Assembly (NCBI GenBank): GCA_010909165.1
Contig: VJWM01000063.1
Span: 372,001 to 436,000, forward strand
Origin: Anthoceros angustus
Taxonomy: Eukaryota > Plantae > Anthocerotophyta
DNA length: 64,000 nt
Reading direction: 5' to 3'
The notes under the pieces were generated by a model that was not told the DNA's origin, did no database searches, and saw only the letters and a list, made by a program, of their open reading frames with translations. This document shows, piece after piece, positions 1 through 12,613 of the stretch (the stretch's first letter is position 1; the number at the start of each line of letters is the position of its first letter). The translations under genes were made by a program, and so were the position numbers.

Positions 1-90
1 GATCTGCTTCTGATGTAGAATCCTCCCCGGCCCCCTCTAGTTGTTCAAGTTCTACGCCTCCATCATCATCAAAGGAAGGATCAGAAGGGT

Positions 91-742
91 TGCTGCATCT
101 AGGTAAGCACTTGAATTCATATAAGCACTTCCCCCACCAACAACCAAGCAAACAAATCTAATACGCAGGACATATAATAGGTGCAACTAATCCCATTGAG
201 GATCCGCAACAGAGGGAGTAGCTCGTGACATCGTGGCACAAACACACTCTCCCACGAGAACAACACGCAATTCCTCACATCGCCTTTCGAAGTCATAGCT
301 TTTGGCCTCCACAACGCCTCGCATTAGTATATCTAGAGGACAAGCTATGATCCGAGCTTGTCTCAATGGAAGGGTCTATATATACCAGACTGCATCGGCA
401 TATTCCTAAGATATCCTATTTGGCATCGATACGAAATATCCTAAGAATACACTATAATACGCGTAGGAATATGCCAAAGCACATATTACTTGAGCTTATC
501 CACTTAGCTATTGTATCCTAAGAATACACTATAATATACAAGGAATATGCCAAAGCATATTACTTGAGCTTATCCACTTAGCTATTGCTAACCATGTTTA
601 ATTAACACTAATCAATGCTTAATTAACATAAGCACCTTAGATTAATTAACATTAATTACTTATTTAAAGATAAGTAATAGATTAATTAATGCTAGTCAAA
701 CACTAAACCCAAGTGCAGAGATTAGTATCACACGGCATGACA
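91..742 (-). mobile_element. Solo LTR (family X, ~650 bp) inserted just downstream of the copia integrase core
   Basis: TG...CA ends (TGTCATGCCG...GATGCAGCA on minus), flanked by GGGT on both sides (87-90, 743-746). Homologous to 28821-29381 and to fragments at 59.3-60.1 kb. Confidence 0.85.
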
Positions 743-3024
743 GGGTTGAAAGTACAGCACGCTCATCAAATGCTACAGTACGTGCATGGATTACCTTTCT
801 AGAGACAGGCTCGAAAATCTTGTATCCATGTATCCCAGGGGTGTAGCCTATGAAGATGTGTCTCTTTGACTTAAAGGAGAATTTCTTACGTAGTTGATCA
901 GGGATATGGGCGTATGCTGTGCTACCAAACACCCTGAGGTGTGACAAATCAGGCTTGCTACCAGTCCAAGCTTCAAAAGGTGTACTGCCCTTTAGGGAGG
1001 AGACTGCTGACCTATTCTGCAAGTAAGTGGCTACCTGAACCGCTTTAGCCCAGAAACGAATTGGCAGCCTCCCTTGATACAGTAATGACCTTGCAGCATC
1101 TTGTATAGTTCGATGTCTCCGCTCAGCACGTCCATTCATGTCAGAGTGGTAGGGAATGGTCAGCTGTCTGGTAATTCACTTCTCCTGACAGAATTCCTGG
1201 AACGCATTCGAAAGGTATTCCTTTCCATTGTCGGATCTTATGCACTTCATCTTATAGCCTGTTTGCCTTTCTGCATAGGCTAGATAACGTTTGAAGCTAT
1301 CAAACACTTCGCTCTTTTGGCGCAGGAGCTCTGTCACTGTAAAATGTGACCTGTCGTCCTCAAACACGACAAAGTAACGGGCTCCTCCCCAAGAATTAAC
1401 TGACATCGGCCCACATATATCTGTGTGTACCAGATCCAGTACTTCAGTAGCTTTGCGTGGATTTCCGCTGCCGAAATGTGACTTAAACTGCTTGCCATGA
1501 ACACAGGCAACGCAGAAATCCAAGTCAGGTAAATCACTGTCTGAGAAACCAGTGACCATCTTCTCTTGCAGCATTCGTCTCATTGCTTTAACATTTGGGT
1601 GCCCTAGTCTGCAGTGCCACTTGAACGCACTACTAACAGAAGATCTTGCATCTGCCACATGTGTTTTGGCAGGATACTTAGCAGGAACAAAATCCAGGAG
1701 ATACAGATCATAGAGAGGCTTGCCTCGTGCAAGCACTGCTGAGTCTGAAAGACGTGAGATCACACACTCGACTCCTTCAAACGTTATTCTGTACAGGCCT
1801 GTTTTTCCAAGTGCCATCGTACTGACCAAGTTTTTAGCCAGTTGAGGTACATGCAGGGCCTTCTCCAATTTTAACGTTCCTCCTCCTGTAAGGTACACTT
1901 CTACTATACCAGAACCCCTGATTAGGATTTCTGAATTGTCTCCTAGGGACGCTGTGGATTTGTGGCACGCTGGTGCAGCTTCATATGTCACGAAATGCTT
2001 CTTCTGAGCACACATGTGATTAGATGCTCCGCTGTCCAGAAACCACTGATGAGCAGCTGATCGAGAAACTCGAACCGGGCAACCACAGCCCTGTGGAGGC
2101 TCTTAGCGAATTTCTGACATGTTTTCCTTATCGCCTTTATCCGCTCGCATAGCTTTGATCCAAAGGACTGAATGTCAATAGTTACACTTACTGTGTTCTT
2201 CCCACTTGGGATCGGATGCAGTTTCCGAGTTGGATAATCACGATTTGAGGATCGCCACCCTCGACCGGCCCATATCTTCCAAGGCCCCCGACGGTCCCCC
2301 ACGCCCTCTTGCGGTCACTTGCTTGTGAGAATTTCCTGAACTGGATCCACCTCTCATGTGCTTTCTATTTGCTTCGGCTTGTAGAAGAGCACCTACTAAC
2401 TTCTCGTGACCGTGAGATTGGTGACCCAGTGTGTGGTTGATCGAGTTACCACGTGGCTTGAATACTTGAGCTCCATTGTTCATAAATGGGGGGGAGACTC
2501 ATCAAAAACAACACAGCTGCTCTTCCTTTAGAAAAGATAACTCCACATGAGGCTAGCTTCGCACGGGCTGCTCTAAACCTGGCAACATGGCTCTCGACAG
2601 AATCAGTTTCCTTCATCCTCAGATTGTTGAAATGTCGAGTAGCAGCAGCCTCAGAGATAACATCTTTTGCCTCGTAAGTATCAGAAAGCAAGGACCGCAC
2701 TTCATGTGCATGTTTAGTTGATCTGATATGTGGAATCATTTCTTGAGAAACAGATCCCACCAGAATTGTCCGAGCCTTCCGATCTTTGTGATTCCACTCT
2801 AATTCGTCCTTGGTTGTCCACAGCTTCTTATTGACACCACGTGGAGTTAGAGAACCAGAATCCTCTCCAGCGATTCTCTGAGGTATTGTGCCATCTGTGA
2901 CTTCCATTAGCAATTTCTCTTCTAGTATACATCTCACCCTAAATGACCAGGCATCAAAGTTGGTTGGGGTGAGCCGATCTTTATCTTGCAACCTATCAGA
3001 AACAAAGTCTGATGGTTGTGCCAT
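743..3024 (-). pseudogene. copia gag-pol (gag, Zn knuckle, aspartic protease, integrase), frameshifted
   Basis: LTPTNFDAWSFRVRCIL (gag); WFLDSGASNHMC near 2010-2047 (protease); WHCRLGHPN...CVACVHGKQ; VHTDICGP / IRSDNGKEY / NGRAERRHRT (integrase D-D-E); LSHLRVFGSTAYAHIP. Split over several ORFs. Confidence 0.93.
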
Positions 3025-3737
3025 GATGCCTGATTTGGTTAGGACTAGGTGGGGGAAGACACCCTTAGGTTAGCAAGGGCCTCCTTGAGACTATGGATGT
3101 CTTGAACATGTTTCTGGACCTCTAATTCTACAGCAGCTGCAGACACTAACGAAGATTCAAGCTTTCTCTCCAGGCTATCTAGACGCAAGGTGAGAGCATC
3201 TAGACGACTTGAAATTACAAGGACTGAAGATTTCACTGTGAGCATGGAATCTAAAAGGACATTGGAATTCCTGAGATCTTCACTGCTACTGTGATTAGGG
3301 TTACAGGCATTACACAATTCAGGCGAGTGAATGACAGACTGACTAGGCCCATCAAGCCTGAAAGTGTGTGTTTGCACAGGATCATGTAGGCCAGAAGAAA
3401 TGGGGTTATAGGATCTGACAAACGAATTCAGGAACCTGGCCCTCTCTTCTTCTTGTTGTTGATTTTGAGCCTTATTGAAATAGAGATGCTCAAAGTCTTC
3501 AACAAAACGCTGCACTTCTGATTTAGGAAGTGGCCTAGATTTGCTGCACTCAGCGGCATCTAGCCAAGACTTCCTGCCTGCAACCTTACGAGGTATCTTG
3601 CCTATGACGCATCAGGCCATGCCCAACATTCCAAAATTGTTTAAGTAAAGACCAGCCATTTCCATAAGTGGAAAAAATTGAGACAATGCTAATCAGAACT
3701 CAATGGAGAATTGTAGGCATTGGATCGCAACTAGGTT

Positions 3738-3749
3738 GCTCTGATACCA
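3738..3749 (-). promoter_or_regulatory. Primer-binding site complementary to initiator tRNA-Met
   Basis: gctctgatacca on plus = TGGTATCAGAGC on minus, directly after the LTR-terminal CA. Confidence 0.9.
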
Positions 3750-4559
3750 TGTGAGGTTTATGGATTTACACCACAACTGAGGGGCGACAGCACCGATGGC
3801 ACACAAGAAGATTGTCTATATTACAAAAGAATAACATAAAATAGGTCTGTGTCTGGTGAATGGTTATAACTAATAAGTGTCAAGCTAGGGTTAGCGTTTC
3901 ATACCAACTAAGTATATAGCAATGCCCTAATTAACTAACATTTAATTATTCAACAAAGATGCTTTACTAGAGCAGCTCCGGCCCTCTTATACTACCCAAC
4001 CCGGCTAGCCTTTATTACACTCCTCTATTTGATGCAGCCAGGCTGTGCCCTAATCGCCCGCCTACTATCTTCCCCTTCCGCCTATCTCTCAATCTGGTGG
4101 GCTGGGAGTGCCCTTGGTTCGCCTCGGTGGGTGATGACCCACCTCGCGATAGTTGCGGGCGCAATCGGATGATCCGCGAGGGACCCTTCCCCCGAGACCT
4201 GTCAGTGGGCTCTGGCGGTGGCACGACAACCATGTAACCACCACATCCTCCTCTCACGGCCTCCCGTTGGGTCCTACTGGGGCCACCAGACCTGGGTCCG
4301 CCCAAGCCGGGTGGTGACTCCCCTCTCTCCTCCCGAGTCCGGACCGGGTCCGATCTCGACTCCGGGGTCCGATCTTCAAGGATCGGCAGTCCGGACCTCG
4401 TGGTCCGATCTCGTCTCGGGTTTGGACCCTGAGAATTAGAACTTATTCACCCTCGAACCTCAAGTCTCGGACTTCCCGGTTTTTGGACTTCTAGGGGTCC
4501 ACTCCCACTCACCGGACCCTTCTCCTTGCTCGGGTCCCTCCGGCCACCCCTTCCCTCTT

Positions 4560-7330
4560 ATTCTCCCGGAGGGTTGCGGGTGGCTTACCTCTGCCACCGG
4601 CTGCCGCTCCTCCGGCTCCTCTCCTCCTGCCGTCGTCCCGAGACCGCCACCAAGGCCCCGGTGCTATCCCGGCCCTTCTTCTCCTCCTCCTTGATCCTCA
4701 GGAGGTTCGTCCGATTGTCGTGGGTGACGAAACCTCAAAGCCTTGAGGAGCTCAGGCGTGGTAGTAGGCAAAGTCCGAGTCGACTTGGCATGTTGCCTCT
4801 TCCACATGCCCGGGCTGAATACTCACCATAGGTGCTCCGGTAGCGGGCGTCTTTGCCCGGCTTCTCCATCGTCGTTAGAGTGGGTTGAGCCGGGCCATCT
4901 CGCGAGGCCACCAAGGAGGCCTCCATCACTCTCTGCCCGCTGCGTTCTGCTCCGGCTTGCTCAGCTCCCTTTGTTTCACCGCCCGGCTTTTCACCGCCAT
5001 TGCGCGCTCCCCTCCGCCTTCCTCAAGCGGGACCAGCTTCTTTTACGCGTCCAAGGCCTTGCTCCTCCATTCATCCACAGCGAAGCTCCGCCATCTCCTT
5101 CCCGAGTGTCAGCAACTCCACCCGATTCCTTGCTTCGTCTAGGTCCTTCTCCATTTTGGCGACGTCCTGCTCCTTGTTCCATCGCCTCACCTCCTCCGCC
5201 CTCCAACAGAGCTGGAGTCGCTCTATCTCCCGCTCGTAATCAGTGATCACGCCCCGAAGAGCCCCATTCCGCTCAATTGTGTCTTGGAGCTGTAGCTCCA
5301 AGGTCTCCTTGCGGTCCTCCATCTCCTGCCGCCGTTCCTCCGCTCCACGCAAATAAGCCCGGAGATCCTCCATCTCCTTGTTGCTGGCCTCCTTCTCCTT
5401 GCGTGGTCCGTGCCTCTCACCGCCACCTTTCGGCCCTTAGCGCCGCATTCTGTCTCCTCCACCGGTTCGTCCGTCTGTAATGATCCGATCGGTCTTAGCC
5501 TTGTGCCTTCCCCGTGCCCCCCTTCACTGGGCCTCCCCGGCTTGGTGCCGCTCTGCCGAGCCGCCTCGGCAGTCTCGAGCCCTCTCACTTTGTCTTGGGC
5601 TTCCTCCAACTCTCCTGCGCCTCCCTCGCTGCAGAGGTCCTGCCCGGGCTTGGGCCTCCCGCTGCTTGATGACGGTGAAGGACCTTGGTCGGTCTTGCTG
5701 GGCAGGCCGGACCTCCTCCGCTTCCGGCGCTTTCCTCCTTGATTGGGCGGGGACTCCGCCTTCTTCTTGGCAGCTTGGGCGCCTCCACTGCTCACGGAGA
5801 AGCACCATGCCTGTGGCCTCCACTTCACGGGTCTTCTCTGCCGTCCGCGGAGACCCCAAAGCATACCGTCCATGATGGTTGCCAAGACTCGCCGTGTCTC
5901 CTCCACGGCCTGCCAGTGAGGCCCTCAAAGTCCGGCGTGGTTGCCTCCCAGTCGTCGAGGAGCCATCTTCTGATCCGGGAGTGCGGACTTGGCTCTCGGA
6001 CTGATCAGGACCCTCGTCAGGTCCTGGTGCCGTCCATCCTTCCACCTCCTTGGCCTGCTTTGGCCACTAACTCCTTCTCCCCGCCTTGCTTGGGGCTCGG
6101 CGGTGGTGAGGTCGGGGTGGCGCGTTTCCCTCTTCCGTCGGGGGCAGACTGCTCGGATGTGGTTCTTGCCCTGCACCTTGGGCGGCGTCACGCTCCTCTC
6201 CTTCACCTTCCTCCGCCTCCTGCTACTCCCGTGGGTAGGGGCGGAGGAACTGTCGCTCCTTGGCGCGTGGCGAGCCGTTTTCGCCTCTTGACGACTCGTC
6301 GCCCCGCTACCTGTGGTGGGTTGCTAGGCGGTGGGCGTCGCCGGGCCCGGCTCCCCCTCCGTAGGTGCTCTCCTCCATCGGGGCCTCCGCTTCGGAACGG
6401 AAGGAGGGAGGCGGGATATCCTCCCATACCTCCGGGCGGCGGGGGTCCGTTCGGTCGAATGGAATCGGGATCCCTTCCCAATTGTCCTCCTCCCGGGCCC
6501 GTTTGGCCTTAGGAGGTCGGACCTCCGCCTCTGCGCCTTCGCTCCTTCCCGCTCCGCCTCTGGTAGGGCCGCTTCCGAGCGCGCTCTTCTCCCTCCTTGA
6601 GGTTGAGGTGTCCCCATACATGGATGAGGAAGGGTGAGTCTTACGGAGGAGGCTTTTCACTCCTGCTTCGGCCTCTGGTTGATCCAGGCGAAGATGATAA
6701 TCGCCCCTCGGCCCTCTTCCCTCGGCAGAGGCGTGCGAAACACGGATTGTCACCAAGGTGATCCACCTTGGTGAGCATGTTCCAATGGACAATGACCTTA
6801 GCCACGCCTCACCCCTTTATCCAAAAGTCCGTCATCAACCAGCCGTTGGACGACCGTTGTGTCCCCGGCCTCAACATTGCCGCCTTCGCCGCCTCCACCT
6901 TTCCTCTCACTTTGAGGGGCTCCGGAACTACGCCCCCAATTTCTTCCATCGGGCGGTTGTAAACCTCCCTCAGGACCTCCACGGTCCACCTCCTGGGGTC
7001 CTCCCTTAGGCTCTTGGAGCGAACCTCCTTGTTGGCGACTGCCAACATTCTCCGCGTACTCCCGGACGATAGCGACGCTGTCAAATGTCCAGACCGCGTT
7101 AAAAATATCCAAGTGCCATTGTTCCACGAGCTCCTCCGCTTCCTCCAGCCAGGGCCCGAAGTCGGGGTACCGCTTGGTGACGATGTTGCGCTCCACCAAG
7201 CGCCAGGGCTCCCACACCTCCGCCGCCTTCTTGGGTCCCATTGCCATGCTCTTCTCGCTCCAGCGTTGATTGTGCCGCAGCACTCCATGCCCTCGCCGCC
7301 CGCGTTGGCCGCTCCAACCACGAAGGTGAG
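4560..7330 (-). pseudogene. GC-rich, frameshifted TE-associated gene: N-terminal globular region followed by a long coiled coil
   Basis: Fragments ...EQWHLDIFNAVWTFDSVAIVREY..., ...LREDPRRWTVEVLREVYN..., and E/R/K-rich heptad segments (5071-5373). No catalytic motif recognised. Confidence 0.5.
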
Positions 7331-8419
7331 CCGAGCTCAGAGTGCCTGAGCGCTCGAAAAGATAGCGCCAGAGAGCTGGGTGAGCGAGGCCGAGGCATGC
7401 GCGAGGTCGAGGAAGAATGGCCTTCCCTCCGGCCTGCGACGTCGGGAGTAGCCGCTGGTCGGGAGGGTGTCTCTTCGCTGCCCGTGGCCGAGGCACGCAT
7501 GGCTTACTCGCCCTTGCCTCGCCTGCCTCGGCCGCGGCCCGCGTGCTCTAGCCTCTGTTGGCGCATTGTACATGGCGTGAATACCTGCCTATAACGGCCA
7601 TTGGCAACCCTACGGTCCTTATGTCATGCGTCCACCTCTCACCGATCCAGGCCCGTGGCCCTCCGCCTAAAATATCCGACCCTAAGTTACTTTTGCAGCA
7701 TACTCATCCAGTTCGGCTCCGAGTGTAGTCCGGACTTACGGGCACCCGGGAGTGTGTCGGGCCCCCTCCAGTGTGGTCCGTGGCTCCTCCCGGGAGTGTG
7801 CTGCAGGAGTCCTTGCCTACTCCAAAGTGCGGTCAGGGTACTCGGACTTATTTCTTCCTTTCCTATGTTTTCTACTCCGCCTCTGAAAAAAAACAAAACT
7901 GACTCATTTCCTACCCAAAAGGGAGTCCTTGGTCCGAGGATTAATGCAAAGTAAGGAGCAGTAAGGAAGGCCGTTCTGCCGGAAGGGGCGATTGTGTCGA
8001 TTTTGGAGGAAAATGTGGTTTAGTAAGGACACAACAAAAGCCACGGACGGTATTTCAAAACCAAGAATATCTCGGAATCCAGACGCATAACATTCACTCC
8101 GGGACCCCGGACAAAGCCAAGTGATTTCGTCACTCATCACCGAGTTCAATCCTTCATCATCACTTGGTCCGACTTCTCCAAAGATTGTCATCATCACTAT
8201 CTTCAAGCACTTTGACTACTTCGCAGTATGAAGCGCTTCTCAAGGCTTTATCCCTTATCGCTTTTTGTCCACCGCATACACATGTTTCCGTGCGTCAACA
8301 CAAACCCATAATTAGGATGACTGTTTCATTCTACAAACACCTCTTGTATGTTTTGGATAATGGACCTTATTCCCTTTTTCCCCAAGACCACTGGATGGGT
8401 TGCACTCGAGACTATGTAT

Positions 8420-11355
8420 TCCTACACATATCTCCTTCATGCGCATCTGTGCTGGTCCGATGAGATAAGAAAGTGAGGTCGTGGTGCATCTGGCTTCAAT
8501 CGTGACTCTCCCAATCCGAGAATGGCCTGTTTTGCGTGTCCATAGTGCAACGGCATTGCAAACATCCCTTCAAGATTTATTATGTCCCCATTCATTCAGC
8601 GCCATTCATCATGCCTTCCGGCATTTTGATATGCCCCAAGTACATATCAACATGGAGGTCCCTCAATAATGCCTCATCTAGCAAAGCTTCATCCCCAGTG
8701 AAGTGGTCAGCCAGATGATCCACTTCTACACGTAAAACCACTTCCAAGACGCCTGTAGCACTAGCCCAATGTTTTCTCCACAATGATAGCAATCTCCTTG
8801 GTCCACCCAAAAGGCTTCCCACCACTTGTACTCTTCAGCTCACCTACGGACGAATCTTTAACCCTTTGCAAATGGGCCACACCTTCCATCGGTGATAGGA
8901 TACACCTTCCTTCTTGTCCCCCCCTAGCTTCACCCATGCCGTGGGATGGTGCTAAGGGAGGCGTGATCGGCGCCTCCCTGCCGTTGGCATGCAGACAAAC
9001 GGCCGGGCACCTCCCCCAGGCCACCGGGCGCCGGCCGGGCAGGCGCCCTCCCCTAACACCACGCCGGGCAGCCGCGCCCCCAACACGCCTCGGCCCATGG
9101 GCCGGGCGCCTCCCTAGCACACCTTGCCCATAGGCATGCCCGGCAGCGTCCCTCCCCACACCACCATCGCGGCCGGCCCGTGGCGCCCACCCTACTAACC
9201 CCACCGGCCCATGGGCACCGGGCTTGGCCACCCTCCCTCCCCAACATGCCATGCCACCTTACATGGGCGTTGGCCAAGCCCGCGCCCTCCCTGCCCCTGC
9301 CACCCATGGGCACCCGGGCCCCTCCCTCCCCAGGCACGCCATGCCCTGCCCATGGCGCGGCCAGCCAGCGCCCTCCCTACATACCGCCTTGCTACCCATG
9401 GGCGCCCCGGCGCCCACCCTCCTCCCTCACACACGCCATGCCTCGCCCATGGGCGCCCTCAACCCTAACATGCCCTAGCACCCTTACCGCATGGGCCGGC
9501 GCCGGCCGCCATGGGCTCTCATAGGTTGTTTTAAGAAAATCAATATTTAGCGGCTCAAAAATCTTGCAAGTTGGGACCGTTCGTCAAGTGCTTGGGAAAA
9601 AGGTGTAGTAATGAGTAGGTTCCGTGTTTGAAACCTATATCTTCTTAATAACTCAACTTTGTTGATTTTAAGGACGCTTGCATGGACGCATGGGCAACCA
9701 ACTTTGTTCATTGTAAGGATGCTGGCATTGCCTTAAAGCCCAAGTGGTTGCATTGAGTGCCAGAAGGTTGAAGATCACGATTGGCGAGCTTTTGGATGAG
9801 GGTCAGCAGAACCTAAATGTTGTGTGGTAGTCGACACCATCTGAAGCTCAGCCCAAGAATTATACTAATGAATACGAGCAAGCACTGGAGGAGAATGCCA
9901 GCTTTGATGCAGAGGATATGGACCGGATGGGTTGGCACTCTGACGGACTATGTATTCCACACATATCTCCTTCATACGCATCTGTGTGCGGTCCGATACG
10001 TGGATAAGAAAGTGAGGTCGTGGTGCATCTAGCTTCCATGACTCTCCCAATCCAGAATGGCCTGTTTTGTCCATAGTGCCCGAAACATCCCTTCAAGATT
10101 TCCATTATGTCCCCATTCATCCGCCATTCCACTTTGTTGCCTTCCGGCATTTTGATATGCCCCAAGTACATATCACGTGGGAGGTCCTCAATAATGCCTC
10201 ATCTAGCAAAGCTTCATCCGCACTTGAAGTGGTCAGCCGTATGATCCACTTCTGCGTGAAAACCACTTCCAAGAATGTAGCACTAGCCCAATGTTATTCT
10301 CCACAATGATAGCAATCTCCTTCGGTCCACCCAAAGGCTTCCCACCACTTGTACTCTTCACAGTCACCTATGGGGCAATCTTTTAACCCTTCAAATGGGC
10401 CACACCTTCCATCGGTGATAGGATACTGCGTTCCCTTCTTGTCCCCCCCTTCACACCGCATGCACCGTAGGATGGTGCTAAGGGAGGCGCCGGCCGATCG
10501 GGCCCTCCTCCCTGCCATGACATAGGGCGCGCGGCACCTCCCCACAAGCCACCGCTCATGGGCGGCCGGCCGGCGCCCTCCCCACACCACTGTTGCCCGG
10601 CCGGCGCCCCCCGCACCATCGTGGCCGGCCGGCCCCCTAACACACTGCCCAGTGGGCGGCCGGCCCGGCGCCTCCCCTAACACACCACCGCTCATGGCGC
10701 CGTGGGGCGCCCTCACCGCCCATGGGCCGGCCCCACCCTCCTCCCCAACATGCATGCCACCGCCCGCAGGCGCCCTCCCCTAGCACACCGCCCATGGCGG
10801 CGGCGCCCTCCCTCCCGCCCATGGCGCCGGCCAGCGCCTCCCCCACCACCTTTTGGGCGCCGGCGCCGGCGCCACCCCCCTCCCCAACACGCCATGCCCA
10901 CCCATGGGCGCCGGCCAGCGCCTCCCCACCATACCTGCTCCGGCCTGCGCCGCCATGGGCTCCTCATAGGTTGTTTTTAAGAAAATCAATATTTAGCGGC
11001 TCAAAAATCTTGCAAGTTGGGACCGTTCGTCAAGTGCTTGGGAAAAAGGTGTAGTAATGAGTAGGTTCCGTGTTTGAAACCTATATCTTCTTAATAACTC
11101 AACTTTGTTGATTTTAAGGATGCTTGCATGGGCGCATGGGCAACTAACTTTGTTCATTGTACGGACGCTGGCATTGTCTTAAAGCCCAAGTGGTTGCATT
11201 GAGTGCCAGAAGGTTGAAGACCACGACTGGCGACCTTTTGGATGAGGGTCGGAACCTAAATGTGTGTGGTCGACACCGTGCTCGCAAGAATGGTACTAAT
11301 GAATACGAGCAAGCCTGGAGGAGAATGCGACTTTGATGCGGAGGATATGGACCGC
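8420..11355. repeat. Diverged tandem duplication, ~1.45-kb unit, each copy with a GC-rich CCATGG-repeat core; probably TE-derived
   Basis: 8420-8960 matches 9945-10490, and 9500-9930 matches 10945-11355 (e.g. ataggttgttttaagaaaatcaatatttagcggctc in both). Confidence 0.85.
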
Positions 11356-12613
11356 CTCGAATTTGGTGGTGAGGTCCTTGACTCGGTTGGCCAAGGCATG
11401 GATGAGTCGTCGCACTCTTGAATGACTATTGTCGATCGATGACCACTTCCTCCTTTAGCGATTGTTTGTTGCAATGTTCTCACGACCATTGAAATAAGAC
11501 TCCCGCAAGTACACGATTGTTTTCATTGTGTTCCACCACTTGAAAGTAAAAGTTCTTGGTTGTAATAAACATATGAAAATGGCAGCCCTCATGCATTCTA
11601 CAAAAACGCAGACGGGCCCACACCCTACTGTGCTCTAGTTCTTGGGTGTAGACTTGAAAGTGCGTCTTTTATCAAAGGTATGACCTCAGAAAGGGTGTGC
11701 ACATTATCAAAGTAGGGTGATGTCTCGACCGAAGGGGGTTACTATATTCCCCTCCTTCAAAAATTATCATGTTAAGTGAGGGATGAGGACTGGAGTCATC
11801 TTCTAAGTCCAAAAGCTGCAGCAAAGGAGATGAAATTGTATGGTGATATGGAGAAGAGATTTCAGTGCCTCAATTTCATAGTGAAGCAGGAATATGAACC
11901 TCAATTTGTGAAGGGTAAAGGAAGCTTGCAAGAAAGTTGGCATGTAACTTTTGTATATTGGTTGTCTGTATCACTTCAAAAGTTGAAGGCATGGCCGGTG
12001 CCACCTCTTGCAAGGGGCGCATCAAAGCAAGGGACGTGGAAGCAATCCAAGGCGACCAAGTTGTGTGCGAGGGCACATTTGGATCAAACCTTGGGTTTGC
12101 ACTATGAAGGATCATTGAGGCAAATCCTCACACGCCGCCATCCCGCACGCCAGGACGTCGCGGTCGCACCATGTGTTGTCATAGGATGTCGTACAGAACA
12201 TTGTCGCCACACCCCGCGTCGTCACAAGAAGCCGCCACCGCATTGCGCATCATCGTAGGATGTCGTTCCATGCCACGACGTCACCACCTAGGCGTGTTGT
12301 TTCCCAAATTGCCTTATATGCCAATCCAGGTTGTTTTTGCTCCTTTTTCTACTCTTTCACACACAATCCAAAAAAAAAAACCACAATGGAGAAAATCAGC
12401 AGAAACAGCCGACGAGTTGTGGACTCTACAACCACCATGAGTTGTGACCGGGATATTAATTTAGGGGATTGGCCCGGGAGCACCTCGGAGCGGAAGGTCA
12501 TATCAATGTATGGGATTGGGTAGGGAGCACCTCGGAGCGGAAGGTGTGAAACGGGTAGGGTTAATACTTAGCCTGATGTGGCTCTGAAGATGGAGCCCCA
12601 TGCATACTGGCCG

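Larger units (their letters stand above)
1..3955 (-). mobile_element. Ty1/copia LTR retrotransposon, 5' half (RT/RNase H presumably left of the window), degenerate
   Basis: 5' LTR 3750-3955 (TGTTGAATAA...CACA on minus), PBS TGGTATCAGAGC, then gag, protease, GAG-pre-integrase and integrase in copia order. Confidence 0.92.

Noticed and set aside
743-3024. Programmed frameshifting in TE genes
   Set aside because: Breaks are numerous and fall within domains, which fits decay or consensus error better.
4500-11054. Many overlapping Pro/Arg/Gly-rich ORFs on both strands
   Set aside because: Shadow frames caused by stop-codon scarcity in GC-rich repeats.
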